From Yuukianura sp. NJ FZ-2021 (lineage: Eukaryota), in NCBI GenBank assembly GCA_046563655.1, contig CM102286.1, forward strand, positions 8,804,001-8,868,000: a stretch of 64,000 nt of DNA, written 5' to 3'. Positions 38,728 through 50,230 of this stretch are shown piece by piece. How positions within the stretch are numbered: the first letter of the stretch is position 1; each line of letters starts with the position of its first letter. The notes below the pieces were generated by a model that had not been told where the DNA came from, ran no database searches, and saw only the letters and a program-made list of their open reading frames with translations. Made by a program: the position numbers and the translations under genes.

Positions 38728-41700
38728 TGTTGAATAAACGAGCCAATTTCAACTTAGGCACAGATCAACTACCCGTTGATCAGTGGCTATCAAATCCCGG
38801 ACACTTTAACCCTCGACTAATGAAAACTGGAAAGTCTGAACTGATCTTTGATTTGTTTATGTTTATTTAACCTTTAAATCAATGCCAAATTAATCAAATC
38901 TTTAAATTCCTAATCAGAGCCAATTCCTTACTTCTTATCGGATCTCTTTCCAAGTACTTACTACTAAAATTCCCTCTTTTTCCACTAGCAGTCGAAAAGG
39001 AAACGACGCTATCCCTTTTCAAATATATTTAGCGCCGTTTTCTCAAATTTCCCAAAAAACCAGAATTTAAAAATAGCCATATTTCTAACATTATTCCCAC
39101 TTTTCCTTTCGACCGCTAGTAGAAAGGAAACTCCGTTAAATCTATCAACTCAAAATTGAAACAAATGAAATCTTAAAGTTAAAATTAACCTAAGTCCAAA
39201 TTAAAACTGAAAAAACCTTAATTCTAAACTTTAAATCAGAAAACCTTAAATCTAGAGTAAATCTAATCCAATTAAATCAGAAAAAACTTACATCTAGAAT
39301 TAAATCGAAAAAAATCTTAAAACTAAGAATTAAATCGGAAAACCTTATAACTAGAAATTAAATCGGAAAAATCTTAAAACTAAAACTTATCCGAATCCAG
39401 TTCCGTTGTCTTCTTAATTTCCAAAGCGTTCCGGTTTCTTCACAGTACGTCCAGATTTAGTCACAACCGGTACTTCGACTTGAATGTCGTCTGCTTCTTC
39501 TTTAACGTAGTCAATGGTCGTCTCATGCTTGCGTTTCTGCTTTCCAGTCGGCTTACGAGCATCTCCGACTGTCTTCTTGTCTCCAATCGGCTCACGAACA
39601 TCTCCGACTTTCTCCGGATCAGCTTCTTCGACTGGTAGCTCGTCCCTCCTCACTTCCAATGGCACTAAACGTTGAATTGGACGAGTTAGAATTCCAGTCT
39701 TGGTCCGAACTTTTGCGACACGAATTTCCCCGTCATTGCCAGGAATCAACTCGACAATCTTCGCCATTGGCCACAGAATCTTCTTCACTTTGTCCAATTC
39801 CACAATGACGATTTCTCCAACTTCAAATTGTCGAATCTTCTTTTCGTTGCCCCGCTGAACAAGTTGGCCCAAATAATCACTTCTGAATGCCTCCTTCAGT
39901 TCAGCCAGTAGTTTCCCCAGTTGTCGTTTCTTGTCATGTAGAGATGACACTTTCACTGTCGATGCTTCTGGAACTTCACTTTCTGGTAGATCGTGGAGGA
40001 ACATTGCTGGGGTGATAGAAACGAAGTCATCTTGATCCTCTGTGACGTACGTTAGTGGACGGTGATTCACAGCTGATTCCACTTCACACAAGGCAGTCTC
40101 TAACTGTACGTACGTCAATTTGGCAAATCCCAGCATCCTTCTTAGCAGATCCTTCACGCTCCTAACCAGTCGTTCCCACCATCCTCCCCACCATGGTGCA
40201 GATGGAGGGTTAAACACCCACTTCACACGATGAACTTGAGTTTTCTTTTCAACTGACTCCCAGTTGATTCCTTTGAACAAGTTGACCGCTCCAACGAAGT
40301 TGGTGCCGTTGTCTGTGTAGACGATAGTTGGTCTCTGTTTTCTTTTGATGAATCTAATAAAAGACAAAATAAAGTCTTCAGTTGACAGAGATTCAACCAA
40401 CTCCAAATGAATGGCACGGTACACAGCACAAGTAAAAAGCACAATGTAAACTTTAGTTTGGTTCTTAAGTGTCAATGGGCCTGTCAGGTCAATCCCAGTG
40501 ACCTCAAATGCTTTTGCGTCTCTGACTCTTGGTTCCGGTAGTGGGCAGATTCTGGTTTCCCCTTTTCTTCCGTCAAATCTGGTACATCTGACGCACTTCC
40601 GGATGACTTTCTTGATGGCTCTGCGACTTTGAACAATCCAAAACTTCTCTCGTAGTTTAGCCATCATCAGCTGAGTGCCACCGTGAGAATTGAGTTCATG
40701 GGTCTCCCTAATAATCAGAGTCACGAATGGATGGAAGTTCGGTAGCAAAATAGGACGACGAAACAAATCACTGTCTTGTCTGTTTGTAATCTTCGTTTTC
40801 ACTCGGATGATTTCGTCTGTGTCCTTCTCTACTCTGAGTCCTTCGATGACACTTTTCTGAGTGGAAAACGATTCCAACTGCACAATTTTGATGAATCGTC
40901 GTTCCACACAGTCTAATTCTTCTGCCGTTGGTCGTATGCTGTTCTCTCGTTGTCCAATCTTCCGTGTGTTGTTCAGGAACCGAAAAATAAAGGCCAAAAC
41001 ACGGAGATTAGAACTGTAATTATTTTTTACAACGTACCAAGGCCTAAAATCAGCAGTGACGTTGAGAGTCGAGATTCCCCGTTTCCTCTCCTGATCGACT
41101 GCTTCTTCGTCTGTCGGTTCTTCTGCTAGTGGCCACAATTCCTTTCGCAGTCGAAGCCAACCGGGTCCTTCCCACCATCTCGACTCGACAAATTTGGTGG
41201 GGGTGATACCTCTGGATGGTAAATCGGCTGGATTATGTATTCCGGGAATGTGGTGCCACTGCGATGACTGAGTTAACTGGCAAATCTCCTTCACCCTGTT
41301 TCCTACGAAAGTCCCCCATTCGTTGCTTCTTTTGATCCAGGAAAGTGCAGTAGTCGAATCTGACCAAAAGTAGCATGGGACGTTGTCCAAATTCAGGGCC
41401 GTCTTCACTGACATTGCCAGTCTTGCCGATATGGTGCATGCAAGTAGCTCGAGACGTGGAATTGAAGCTCCCTTGATAGGAGCAACTCTGGATTTCGCCT
41501 GTAGAAGATGAACTTTGACACCTTCCCTGGTTTCCACTCGTAAATACACCACCGTAGCGTACGCTTTCTTGCTGGCATCTCCGAAAATGTGAAGTTGGTA
41601 ATTGTCAAAGTCATTGATCTTCTCTCCACTGACATCTCTGCGTAGTATCACTTTGTCCATGACTTGAGAGAGTTCAACTGACCAATTCACAAATTCGTTC

Positions 41701-44700
41701 ACAATGTTTGGAGTCACCTCGTCGTCCCAATTTTTGTCTTCTATCCAGGCTTGTTGCATGAGGATTCTGGGAACGATGAGTACTGGTGACCAAAGTCCAA
41801 GGGGGTCAAATACCTTCTGTAAAGAAGACAAAATAACACGTTTAGTTATTTTCGTAGGTATTTCTGTAGGGATGACGTCACAAAACAAACAATCTTCGTC
41901 CTTGTCCCACTTTAACCCCAAAACGTTAGTCACACACTGATCTTCACAACTTCCACTTCTTTCCCATTGTCGTAGCTCCATCTTTGCAGTAGACAAAATG
42001 CTGGTAGACACTTCCTTCACAATTTCGAATTCTGTCAAAGTGTCCACTGCCAAAACCAAATTGTCCACATACAAAGACTTGATGATTTGACTTACGACCG
42101 AGGGATTTTCACTGTGATGTTGGTTCAAATGATGAAAAATAACTGCACCCAGTAAAAATGGGCTACAGTTCATACCAAACACCACTCGATTGTGCCTGTA
42201 AACTTTAACGTTCTTACGTTCCACATCGTCCCACCACAGGAATCTGATGAATTCCCGGTCTTCTGGATGAACTTCAATCATCAAGAATGCCTTCCGAATG
42301 TCTGCGATGATCCCAATTTTTCCCATCCGAAATCGAAGTAAAATTGAAGGGATGAGATCCAGTAAATTCGGGCCTTTCTCCAGGCATTCATTCAGAGACG
42401 GGTGTCTTCCCACTTTGCACGATGCATCAAAAACGGGACGAACTGGAGTGGTGACACTGTTTTTGTAGACAGCACGATGAGGCAAAAAATGACATCTCGT
42501 GTTCCCACCGTCTGCTTCATCCTTGACAACGGAAATGATCCCCTCAGCCTCCCAATCGTTGAAAACTTTCTCGTAGTCTGAGTATTTTCCATTTGACATC
42601 AATTTCCGGGTCGTGTTCTCTAGTCGTTTCATCGCCACTTCACGATTTGACGGTAACACTGGAGTCTGACTAATCCACGGAAGTCGGACGGAATATCTCC
42701 CAATCTGATCACGACTCACGGTCTTCTGAAAATGTTCCAGTGCTTCTTGTTCATGCTGTTCTTTTGACATTTTCTCCACAGGGTCACGGATACCGAGTGT
42801 GTCCAAACTCCAGAGTTGACTGACGGTTGAATTGGAAACTGTCATAGAAAAAACAGACATAATTAGTTCATTGGACACTTTCCGTCTGTCAATTTCCCCC
42901 ATCACTGCCCATCCAAGTTGAGTTTCTGTAGCAGTGAGGCCGTTCTGCAAACGCTGGATCTTCCCTGTCAAAATGTCACCTAAAATGTCAGCACCAATTA
43001 GAAATTCAATTTCTGTGGGGTTACGCTCGTTCAAGTCGTTGACAAAAATTCCGAGCCGTTTTAACTCCCCCATCCATGGACCTTTCGTTACACGGGGTAA
43101 CGATCCGCACAATGATTCATGGTCCATCACTTTCACATTTAAACAAAACGAACCGTGAACACTCTGCACCTGGAAGTCGTAAACAAAATGAGGCACATTA
43201 CGCACTTCCGTTCCACCAAACAACTGATGGTTAATTGAGAGAGTGTCAATTGGTTTCAAGTTCAAGTCCAATGCCGTCTTCTTCAGGAGGTAGCTACGCT
43301 GAGACCCGCAGTCAATCAGGACACGAACAGTCTTCGTCTGCTGACTTGATGGATTCACTAGTCTAACCATCATCGTTTGTAGAATGACTTCATTCGTGCA
43401 GTTGAGGTTAGACTGTGTAGTGACATCCGTTTTCTTCTGTTCGTCCTTCTGACTATTCCTCGGATTCTGCGGACACTGTAGTAGCTCGTGACGTTTTGTA
43501 CACAATGGGCACTTAATGTTCGCCTTACATGATTTGGACATATGCCCCGGTTTTAGGCAAACGAAACAGGCCCCCTTCTTCTTCAACTTGTCACTACGTT
43601 CGTTCTTCGTCATTTTCAGTGCTGCATAGCAGTCTTTGGAAGAATGTGACTTGTCACAGAAGACACACGAAGGTTTAGAATTTCCACTGAAGAGACCGGC
43701 AGCAGTAGGAAAACTTTCATCAGTTGACTTGACTTTTCTGGATTCTTTCTTCTTGTCAGCTGATTCGAAACCACTACGTGCCAATTTTCGATGTTCTTCA
43801 TTTTCTATTTCCAAACGGAGAAAATCCATGAGGAAATCCATTTCAGTTTTCGGTGGTGTAAGTACGGATCCGTCGACTCCAAAATTCGGACTCCGTTGCC
43901 ATGCGACCAAAATTTCCTCTGGAAGACTTGATTCTACCATCGGGAACAGAACTACTTCCATGGCCTCCACCGACAGATTAAGTGACTCCAACGAGCGAAG
44001 ATGTGAAATCAAACGGTCGTACAATGAAGACAAGGTCACTTTCTCACGAACACGAAGTAAAATCATGGAGATGACTTCTCGTACATAGTACTGCTGCAGG
44101 AGTTTCGTTTTACCAAAACGATTTTTCAAGGCCTCAATCGCCTTCTGATAATTTTTCTTCGATTGAGGGTAGCCCTTGATCAATTCCTCAGCCCTTGATC
44201 CTTTCTCCATGCTTTGAATAAGATAAGTGAACTTATCAGATTCATCTAAATCTTCATCCAAGTGAATCTTCTCGAATTGCCCCCACCACCCGAGCCAGTC
44301 TTTCAAGTCTCCTCCGAATTTTGCAAGTTCAATTTTAGGATACTTGATCGTTTTCTGCCGATGTGTGGTTGAGCAGTTTTCACTTGGGTCATGCACACTG
44401 CTGTGATGTGACTGTGGATAGAAGATAGCGTTGACTCTGACACGAACAGCACTCACTTTCAATTGATACTCTTGAGTGTGTGTCAATTCTTCATCCAGCA
44501 TCTCATCCGTTGTTGAATCAGAATCCAACATCATGGACTTGACAGTGTCATCCGCTTCGTTCAGTTTAATAAACTGGCCTTCAAGTACTGCGAGAATGGT
44601 TTCCAATTGTGAATTGTCTTTCTTCTCCTTCTCCAGTTCCAAATTGAGAGAGTTCACCAGTTTCGTAACGGCTGACCGAAGATGTCTTCTTTCCTTCTTT

Positions 44701-45493
44701 AGCTTGTCCATCGTTTGTTCGGAAAGTAAAAGAGCAAATACAAACGATTAGAACCAGGTACCAACGATTATGATAGAACGATCTGCACCTGGGTCAATCC
44801 CGTTCCGGTAGGGATACACCTCGACGTAAACGTTTGGTTTAAGTGAAGAACGTAGCTTCCAAGTCTCGTCACGTCAGATCAATTTGTTTCCCAAAGTCCG
44901 ATCAGGTATGGCTCCGTCAATCCAATTCAAATTAAAGATTCTCGATTAGTTAAGATCAATCTTAAAATCAGTCGGAAAGATATCACCTTAATCAATCCCA
45001 CTCCGGCAGGGATACGCCTCGATGTAAACAGTTGTTTTATGTGATGATCGATCCACTTCCTTCAATTAGCAGGTTCCAGTATCCCGTGTCAAGGTTAAAG
45101 CCACAAGTAGTCCGGCCAGGGTCACCAAAATGTTGAATAAACGAGCCAATTTCAACTTAGGCACAGATCAACTACCCGTTGATCAGTGGCTATCAAATCC
45201 CGGACACTTTAACCCTCGACTAATGAAAACTGGAAAGTCTGAACTGATCTTTGATTTGTTTATGTTTATTTAACCTTTAAATCAATGCCAAATTAATCAA
45301 ATCTTTAAATTCCTAATCAGAGCCAATTCCTTACTTCTTATCGGATCTCTTCCAAGTACTTACTACTAAAATTCCCTCTTTTTCCACTAGCAGTCGAAAA
45401 GGAAACGACGCTATCCCTTTTCAAATATATTTAGCGCCGTTTTCTCAAATTTCCCAAAAAACCAGAATTTAAAAAATAGCCATATTTCTAACA
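38728..45493 (-). mobile_element. Full-length BEL/Pao LTR retrotransposon
   Basis: 363-bp LTRs at 38728-39090 and 45131-45493, differing only by two homopolymer indels by eye. TSD ATTAG at 38723-38727 and 45494-45498. PBS TGGTGACCC on the minus strand next to the 5' LTR. Confidence 0.97.
39414..44711 (-). CDS. pol: BEL/Pao Gag-Pol polyprotein (1765 aa, uninterrupted)
   Basis: Pao-type Gag with three Cys/His knuckles, protease LIDCGSQRS, RT DIRKAF...YVDN, RNase H FGDAS, integrase HHCC and D..D..E (GIDLTGP, TDNGTNF, WERLV). Confidence 0.97.
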   Translation of the reverse strand: MDKLKKERRHLRSAVTKLVNSLNLELEKEKKDNSQLETILAVLEGQFIKLNEADDTVKSMMLDSDSTTDEMLDEELTHTQEYQLKVSAVRVRVNAIFYPQSHHSSVHDPSENCSTTHRQKTIKYPKIELAKFGGDLKDWLGWWGQFEKIHLDEDLDESDKFTYLIQSMEKGSRAEELIKGYPQSKKNYQKAIEALKNRFGKTKLLQQYYVREVISMILLRVREKVTLSSLYDRLISHLRSLESLNLSVEAMEVVLFPMVESSLPEEILVAWQRSPNFGVDGSVLTPPKTEMDFLMDFLRLEIENEEHRKLARSGFESADKKKESRKVKSTDESFPTAAGLFSGNSKPSCVFCDKSHSSKDCYAALKMTKNERSDKLKKKGACFVCLKPGHMSKSCKANIKCPLCTKRHELLQCPQNPRNSQKDEQKKTDVTTQSNLNCTNEVILQTMMVRLVNPSSQQTKTVRVLIDCGSQRSYLLKKTALDLNLKPIDTLSINHQLFGGTEVRNVPHFVYDFQVQSVHGSFCLNVKVMDHESLCGSLPRVTKGPWMGELKRLGIFVNDLNERNPTEIEFLIGADILGDILTGKIQRLQNGLTATETQLGWAVMGEIDRRKVSNELIMSVFSMTVSNSTVSQLWSLDTLGIRDPVEKMSKEQHEQEALEHFQKTVSRDQIGRYSVRLPWISQTPVLPSNREVAMKRLENTTRKLMSNGKYSDYEKVFNDWEAEGIISVVKDEADGGNTRCHFLPHRAVYKNSVTTPVRPVFDASCKVGRHPSLNECLEKGPNLLDLIPSILLRFRMGKIGIIADIRKAFLMIEVHPEDREFIRFLWWDDVERKNVKVYRHNRVVFGMNCSPFLLGAVIFHHLNQHHSENPSVVSQIIKSLYVDNLVLAVDTLTEFEIVKEVSTSILSTAKMELRQWERSGSCEDQCVTNVLGLKWDKDEDCLFCDVIPTEIPTKITKRVILSSLQKVFDPLGLWSPVLIVPRILMQQAWIEDKNWDDEVTPNIVNEFVNWSVELSQVMDKVILRRDVSGEKINDFDNYQLHIFGDASKKAYATVVYLRVETREGVKVHLLQAKSRVAPIKGASIPRLELLACTISARLAMSVKTALNLDNVPCYFWSDSTTALSWIKRSNEWGTFVGNRVKEICQLTQSSQWHHIPGIHNPADLPSRGITPTKFVESRWWEGPGWLRLRKELWPLAEEPTDEEAVDQERKRGISTLNVTADFRPWYVVKNNYSSNLRVLAFIFRFLNNTRKIGQRENSIRPTAEELDCVERRFIKIVQLESFSTQKSVIEGLRVEKDTDEIIRVKTKITNRQDSDLFRRPILLPNFHPFVTLIIRETHELNSHGGTQLMMAKLREKFWIVQSRRAIKKVIRKCVRCTRFDGRKGETRICPLPEPRVRDAKAFEVTGIDLTGPLTLKNQTKVYIVLFTCAVYRAIHLELVESLSTEDFILSFIRFIKRKQRPTIVYTDNGTNFVGAVNLFKGINWESVEKKTQVHRVKWVFNPPSAPWWGGWWERLVRSVKDLLRRMLGFAKLTYVQLETALCEVESAVNHRPLTYVTEDQDDFVSITPAMFLHDLPESEVPEASTVKVSSLHDKKRQLGKLLAELKEAFRSDYLGQLVQRGNEKKIRQFEVGEIVIVELDKVKKILWPMAKIVELIPGNDGEIRVAKVRTKTGILTRPIQRLVPLEVRRDELPVEEADPEKVGDVREPIGDKKTVGDARKPTGKQKRKHETTIDYVKEEADDIQVEVPVVTKSGRTVKKPERFGN

Positions 45494-46451
45494 ATTAGTC
45501 AACGGTGGATACAATTGACACTACTGTCAAATGCTCTGTTCACATCTTCGCTCACCCGACACATAACGATGGCATACGACCAACTTTCTGAACCCAAACT
45601 CTCAAATTCGTCTCACATACAAAGGCCCCGAAGCAGTTTCCCAAACCACAATCCTTCCACATACCCCTCGTCATATCAAGTGGAAGGAACCTTCCCCCAG
45701 AATTTAACTGAGCAAAGTAGCAACGGGTATATCAAGAACTAGAACCGCTGCTCAGTCGTGATCTGCGGATCCATCCAACGACCAATTTCTTCATCCAATT
45801 TCTTTTAAGAACGGCCTGCTCTATCCTTGTTCTAACTATCCACAATCAACCGCTCAACAAATATACAAAATACAGAATCCACAAAGCATACTTAAAAATG
45901 GGTTTGGACACTTCTGGGTACCCTAATGATAACCGAGAAATCCATCAAAAGTAAACAAACAGTTTTCGAAAAGTAAAACACACACACATAGCTCTAATTT
46001 AGTGTAGATTTATTTCCAATCCTTGAGTTTTTTTTTTCATGTTTCACCATACTTTGCTTTTCTTCATTACCTTATACAATGTTTTTTCTCTGTTCCGTTT
46101 AAGTAATACACTGTAAGTTCTAACACTTACTCTATTTTTTCCCCTTTAATTTGTACATTCTCCATACAATATAATATAACATCGTTTGACAGTGGTATGC
46201 ATGTGCTTACAACTTTTTAAAGTTTTTCTTTCTATATTAGGAATCTATTACTAGCTATGTAGTAACATACATATACTGTAATCCAACACTATATTGACAT
46301 ACATATTATTTGAATGTTGTACGAATTAGGCTAATAGCAAGTAGTCAAAAACCCATAAAAATATCAAAATGTTAGAATATTGAGCTATGACTTTTGTAAA
46401 CAGACTCTGTTCAAATTCCTTGATAGGAATTTCGCCGTGACCTGGGGAGTA

Positions 46452-46881
46452 TGTGAGTAACCCCTCCGGGCGGGATTCCTCACTTCGTCTCCAAGCAGAG
46501 GTGTGACGGCACTCGGGATGAGGCTAAGATCTCAGTCATGTCCCGATGGTCAGTCAGTGAGTGGTGAGCGCTTGGTCGAGGAGGAACTATCTTCCAGATA
46601 GTTCCTCTTCCGACCGAGAGTCACGGCGGAGTCCAGTCACTGGAATAGGGGATTCTAGAGACAATAAAGCAGCGTAGCCACACTTTGCCTTCGTCTACGG
46701 CTTTCCTTGTGACAGCATTCAGCCATATTCCTCAGCCACGATTCTTAGAGCTGGCACCCAGGACCTGCGCCACTTCGGTGGTGTTCGGACCTGGGCACAG
46801 AGGTCGCCGAACCAGTGGACCGCCGACCAAGCGGCGACGTGTGTGACCCATGTCCAGGTTCACCCTGGCTGGGAGGTCACA
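46452..46881 (+). repeat. 3' LTR of the 16.5-kb element
   Basis: Direct repeat of 30342-30771, preceded by purine-rich GGGGAGTA. Confidence 0.95.
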
Positions 46882-47172
46882 CCTTTGACCCGCAACTGTA
46901 GACCACTGCGCCCCAGAAACAATCCCACTAATCAGCAACCCCAGCAGCTGGCTAGTTATAGCCAAGCTGTTCAACGTCCCTTCCCTAACGTTGATTCAAG
47001 ACCACTACAAACCAGCCCACATCAGCCGCAGTCATTTCAAAATCCACAAACTGGACCACCAGCTCAGGAAAACCAATGGGTTCCTTCGATGATGTCTGCT
47101 TTCTCTACAATGACGGATCTTCTTACAAACATCGCATCCGCCGTACTTCCCAAACCTCCGGAAAACCAATAG
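46882..47172 (+). pseudogene. gag: Ty3/Gypsy gag, 3' part
   Basis: Removing 30342-46886 restores the frame: ...SQGIDP-LTRNCRPLRPRNN...PPENQ*. Confidence 0.85.
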
Positions 47173-49694
47173 AGCTGCCGTTGCAGGGACGTCACCTTCT
47201 ATTACCACCCAATCCAGTCTCTCAAATTAAGGTACAAGCCCCACCCAGGGTTTGTCCAACACGTCCCAAATTCCGAAAAATCAAACAACCTAGATTTCAT
47301 ACACACAAGAATTGTTCAGCTTTTGGCAGGAAGCACAATTCTAAAATTCCAATTATCCCAGAAGAGTTTCTTTCCAAAATACTAGCTCTTTTTGATTACC
47401 ACCGAACTTGTCCTAAATCTAACCCCCAGCCTACTTCACCTTTGGTCGTTGGGGAGGTTACTACAACATTCCCAAACTTTTGTTCTGACGCTGCAATTCC
47501 TACAGTCCCTACTTCTCTTCGTAACTCCGCCGCTACTGATCCTACTTCCCTTCTGAGACCTACAACTATAACTACAACCGCCGCTACTACTACTTCTGTT
47601 CTTCCCCCTACTCAACCTACTGCTGCAGTACCAAAGTTTGCTTCTGTTTGTGTTGGCCCTTCTGAACCTTGCCCTTCTGAATTTGTGTGTGGCCCTACTC
47701 AACTAAACCCATTAGCCGTTTCTCTCACTTCCAGATTTGGTATTAGCCCCTCCAATGTAAGCCGCGTCGCTGACTGGGTAAATTATTCCGCTCCTGAACT
47801 CTCAGCTGCAAATTCCAATTTTCCGGATCCCACTACTTTTGATTTTGACTCCCCACCCAAGTCCCCAAGCCATGATTCCGAGTTTCCTTCGGGAATCTCA
47901 GCTGCAGTTCATTTCTGGAATTGACTCCACCCCCCACTCCACTTTCCATACCGATGTTGTCTTTGGTTCTACGACTCTTCGAGTCCTGTGTGATACAGGT
48001 GCTTCTCTTTGTTGTGTCCACCCTGATTTTCTAAGGAGGTTCTCCAATATTGTTTCCCAAGCGGTTGATGTTCAACCTGTTCGTGTCAAACTTTCTTTTG
48101 GTTCTTACGTTCGTTGTGGTTCCCCCCAAACTACAATGATTACTTTCTCAATTGCTGGCGTCTCCTTCCAATACCCATTTTACATTTTCCAGCACCTTTC
48201 AAATGAGATCGTTTTGGGCTCAGATTTCCTCCGTTCCCAACATTTTCTTTTGGATCCCGCGAATGAGCGCCTTGTAAAGCGTGAACTGCCGTACACAGAC
48301 CTCAGAAATGAGTATGTTTGTATTCCAAAATCCCAAGTCCCTGTCCTTAACAAATTAACTTTGTCAGAAACTGAAGAAGTTTCTGATAGCCCCAGTATTC
48401 CAAAGTCTTCGGAAGCAGAACCAGAGTCGATCCCTCCTAAATGTACGGCCATTCCCAAAACCCCAAATACTACCTAGCTATTGACATGGCTCTGAATTCA
48501 TCTCAGTCCCCAGATACTTCAAATTCCCCTTCACTACTTGACTCCGAAGCGTCCTTCGTGAGCAATTCGAATTTATCTCAAAATTCTACTCCCCCTCCGT
48601 GCCTGAGACTGGCCAGGTCAATCGTCATCAACCCAAGAACAATGAAGCGAGTCAGTATAAAAACTGATTTACCTTTCACAGGTGACATTTTGGTTTCCCC
48701 TCGTCGTGAACTCCAACACGCAAAGCATATTGCCATTGGGAATTCCATTTCTACGCTTAAAGATGGCTGTGGAGTTACGTTCCTGTGGAATTTGAGTGAC
48801 CGCCCTGTGAAACTTCTTCAAAACGTCTCTATTGGCCCCTTCGAACCCTTCGCAGAGTTTTCAGTACTCTGTGACCTTGATGAACTCGACCATGTTAGCT
48901 CTAAATCCTCCCAATCTTCCCTCCCAGCGCACGAGATCCTAGGACTTTCGGTTAATGATGACGCTGAAATAGCAACACGGAAACTGCAAAAGAGGATCGA
49001 GGCGTTCCAGATTTCAAATACCCTAACCCCTGAACAGCGCCAAATCATGCAAGATTTTCTTGTAGCGAATTTGGATGTTTTCAATTTTGCTCCTGCTACC
49101 CTTGGGCGTACTCCCTTAACCACCCACAAAATCGACACAGGTTCTGCTAAACCGATTGCTTCCCATCCCCACGGAACTGGATTTAGGGAGGGAGCGGAGG
49201 GAAATTCAAAACCAAGTCGAGCATCTTTTAAATCTCAATGCTATTACTCCGAGCGATAGCCCTTGGTGTTCCCCAGTCCTTCTGGTCAAAAAGCCCGACG
49301 AAAGTTGGCGGTTTTGTGTTGACTTTCGTAAGGTCAACGCAGTGACTCGGAAAGATTCTTACCCCCTCCCCCGAATTGATGATACCCTCGACAGACTTAA
49401 TGGCGCCAAGTATTTTTCCTCCATGGATTGTGATCAAGCGTATTACCAGGTTGAGGTAGAGCCTGAGGACCGAGAAAAGACCAGTTTTGTTACCCCCGAC
49501 GGACAATATGAGTTCGTTGTAATGCCCTTTGGTCTAACAAACGCTCCAGCGACGTGGTAACGCCTAATTGACAATGTCTTAGGTCGTTTAAAGTGGTCCA
49601 TAGCACTCGTTTATTTAGACGATGTGGTTTGCTACTCCCGAACTTTTGAAGAGCATTTGGATCACTTAGCCTAAATTTTTTGCGCCCTTAGACG
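47160..49694 (+). pseudogene. pol: Ty3/Gypsy pol (protease plus N-terminal RT), frameshifted and truncated by the Polinton
   Basis: Protease LCDTGAS...VLGSDFL. RT SPWCSPVLLVKK..WRFCVDFRKVN..YPLPRIDD..MPFGLTNAPAT, then YLDD beyond an in-frame stop at 49558-49560. Confidence 0.92.
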
Positions 49695-49760
49695 AGTGAT
49701 GAGTGAGGTGAGCCACTTCTACCCCCGTATTTCTCAAATTGCCCCAGGTCAACATGCGCA

Positions 49761-49903
49761 AAAGGACAATTACGGTTGCGCGGTATTACTGTATTTCCGG
49801 TGGTACGGTGACACTTTATTCACGGTTGCGGTGACCTGAAAGGACAATTACGGTTGCGCGGTATTACAGTATTTCCGGTGGTACGACGACACGTTATTCA
49901 CGG
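49761..49903 (+). repeat. Subterminal direct repeat (two copies, 78-bp period) in the presumed left TIR
   Basis: AAAGGACAATTACGGTTGCGCGGTATTAC.GTATTTCCGGTGGTACG..GACAC.TTATTCACGG at 49761 and 49839. Confidence 0.9.
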
Positions 49904-50230
49904 GTTCACGGTATATATTCAATCATTGCTCTACGGTTTTTATCCCGTTTTGAGATACTTCATCATCTCCAGTTTCGCGATACGTACGACTCTGGAGAAT
50001 TTTCTTTGGTTAAGTGCAATCAAGCTAGGTGAAGAATTTACGTCACAAACAATATATGTGAAAAGAAGCACTATGCGCTATGTTCATTTAAAAAGTGTAC
50101 ATTGTAATTCCCTTAAATATGAATGAGTGCTAAAACGAAAAAGAAAGAATTAGGTAGCTATTATCAAATCCTAACTAAAACCTGCAGTATCTATCGAGAA
50201 GCTGAACTAGACACATCGTTGAAAACAACC

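Larger units (their letters stand above)
30342..46881 (+). mobile_element. 16.5-kb LTR retroelement (apparently non-autonomous) inserted in the Gypsy gag
   Basis: 430-bp LTRs at 30342-30771 and 46452-46881 (TGTGA...TCACA, 2 substitutions by eye). 5-bp TSD CCTTT at 30337-30341 and 46882-46886. PBS-like site after the left LTR and GGGGAGTA before the right LTR. Confidence 0.92.

Noticed and set aside
40223..44751. Short ORFs overlapping the BEL/Pao polyprotein
   Set aside because: Alternative-frame or antisense shadows of a long coding region, with no independent evidence.
30342..46881. Two independent solo LTRs
   Set aside because: Neither copy has its own TSD. The outer flanks share CCTTT, and the PBS and purine tract lie on the inner sides, so they bound one element.
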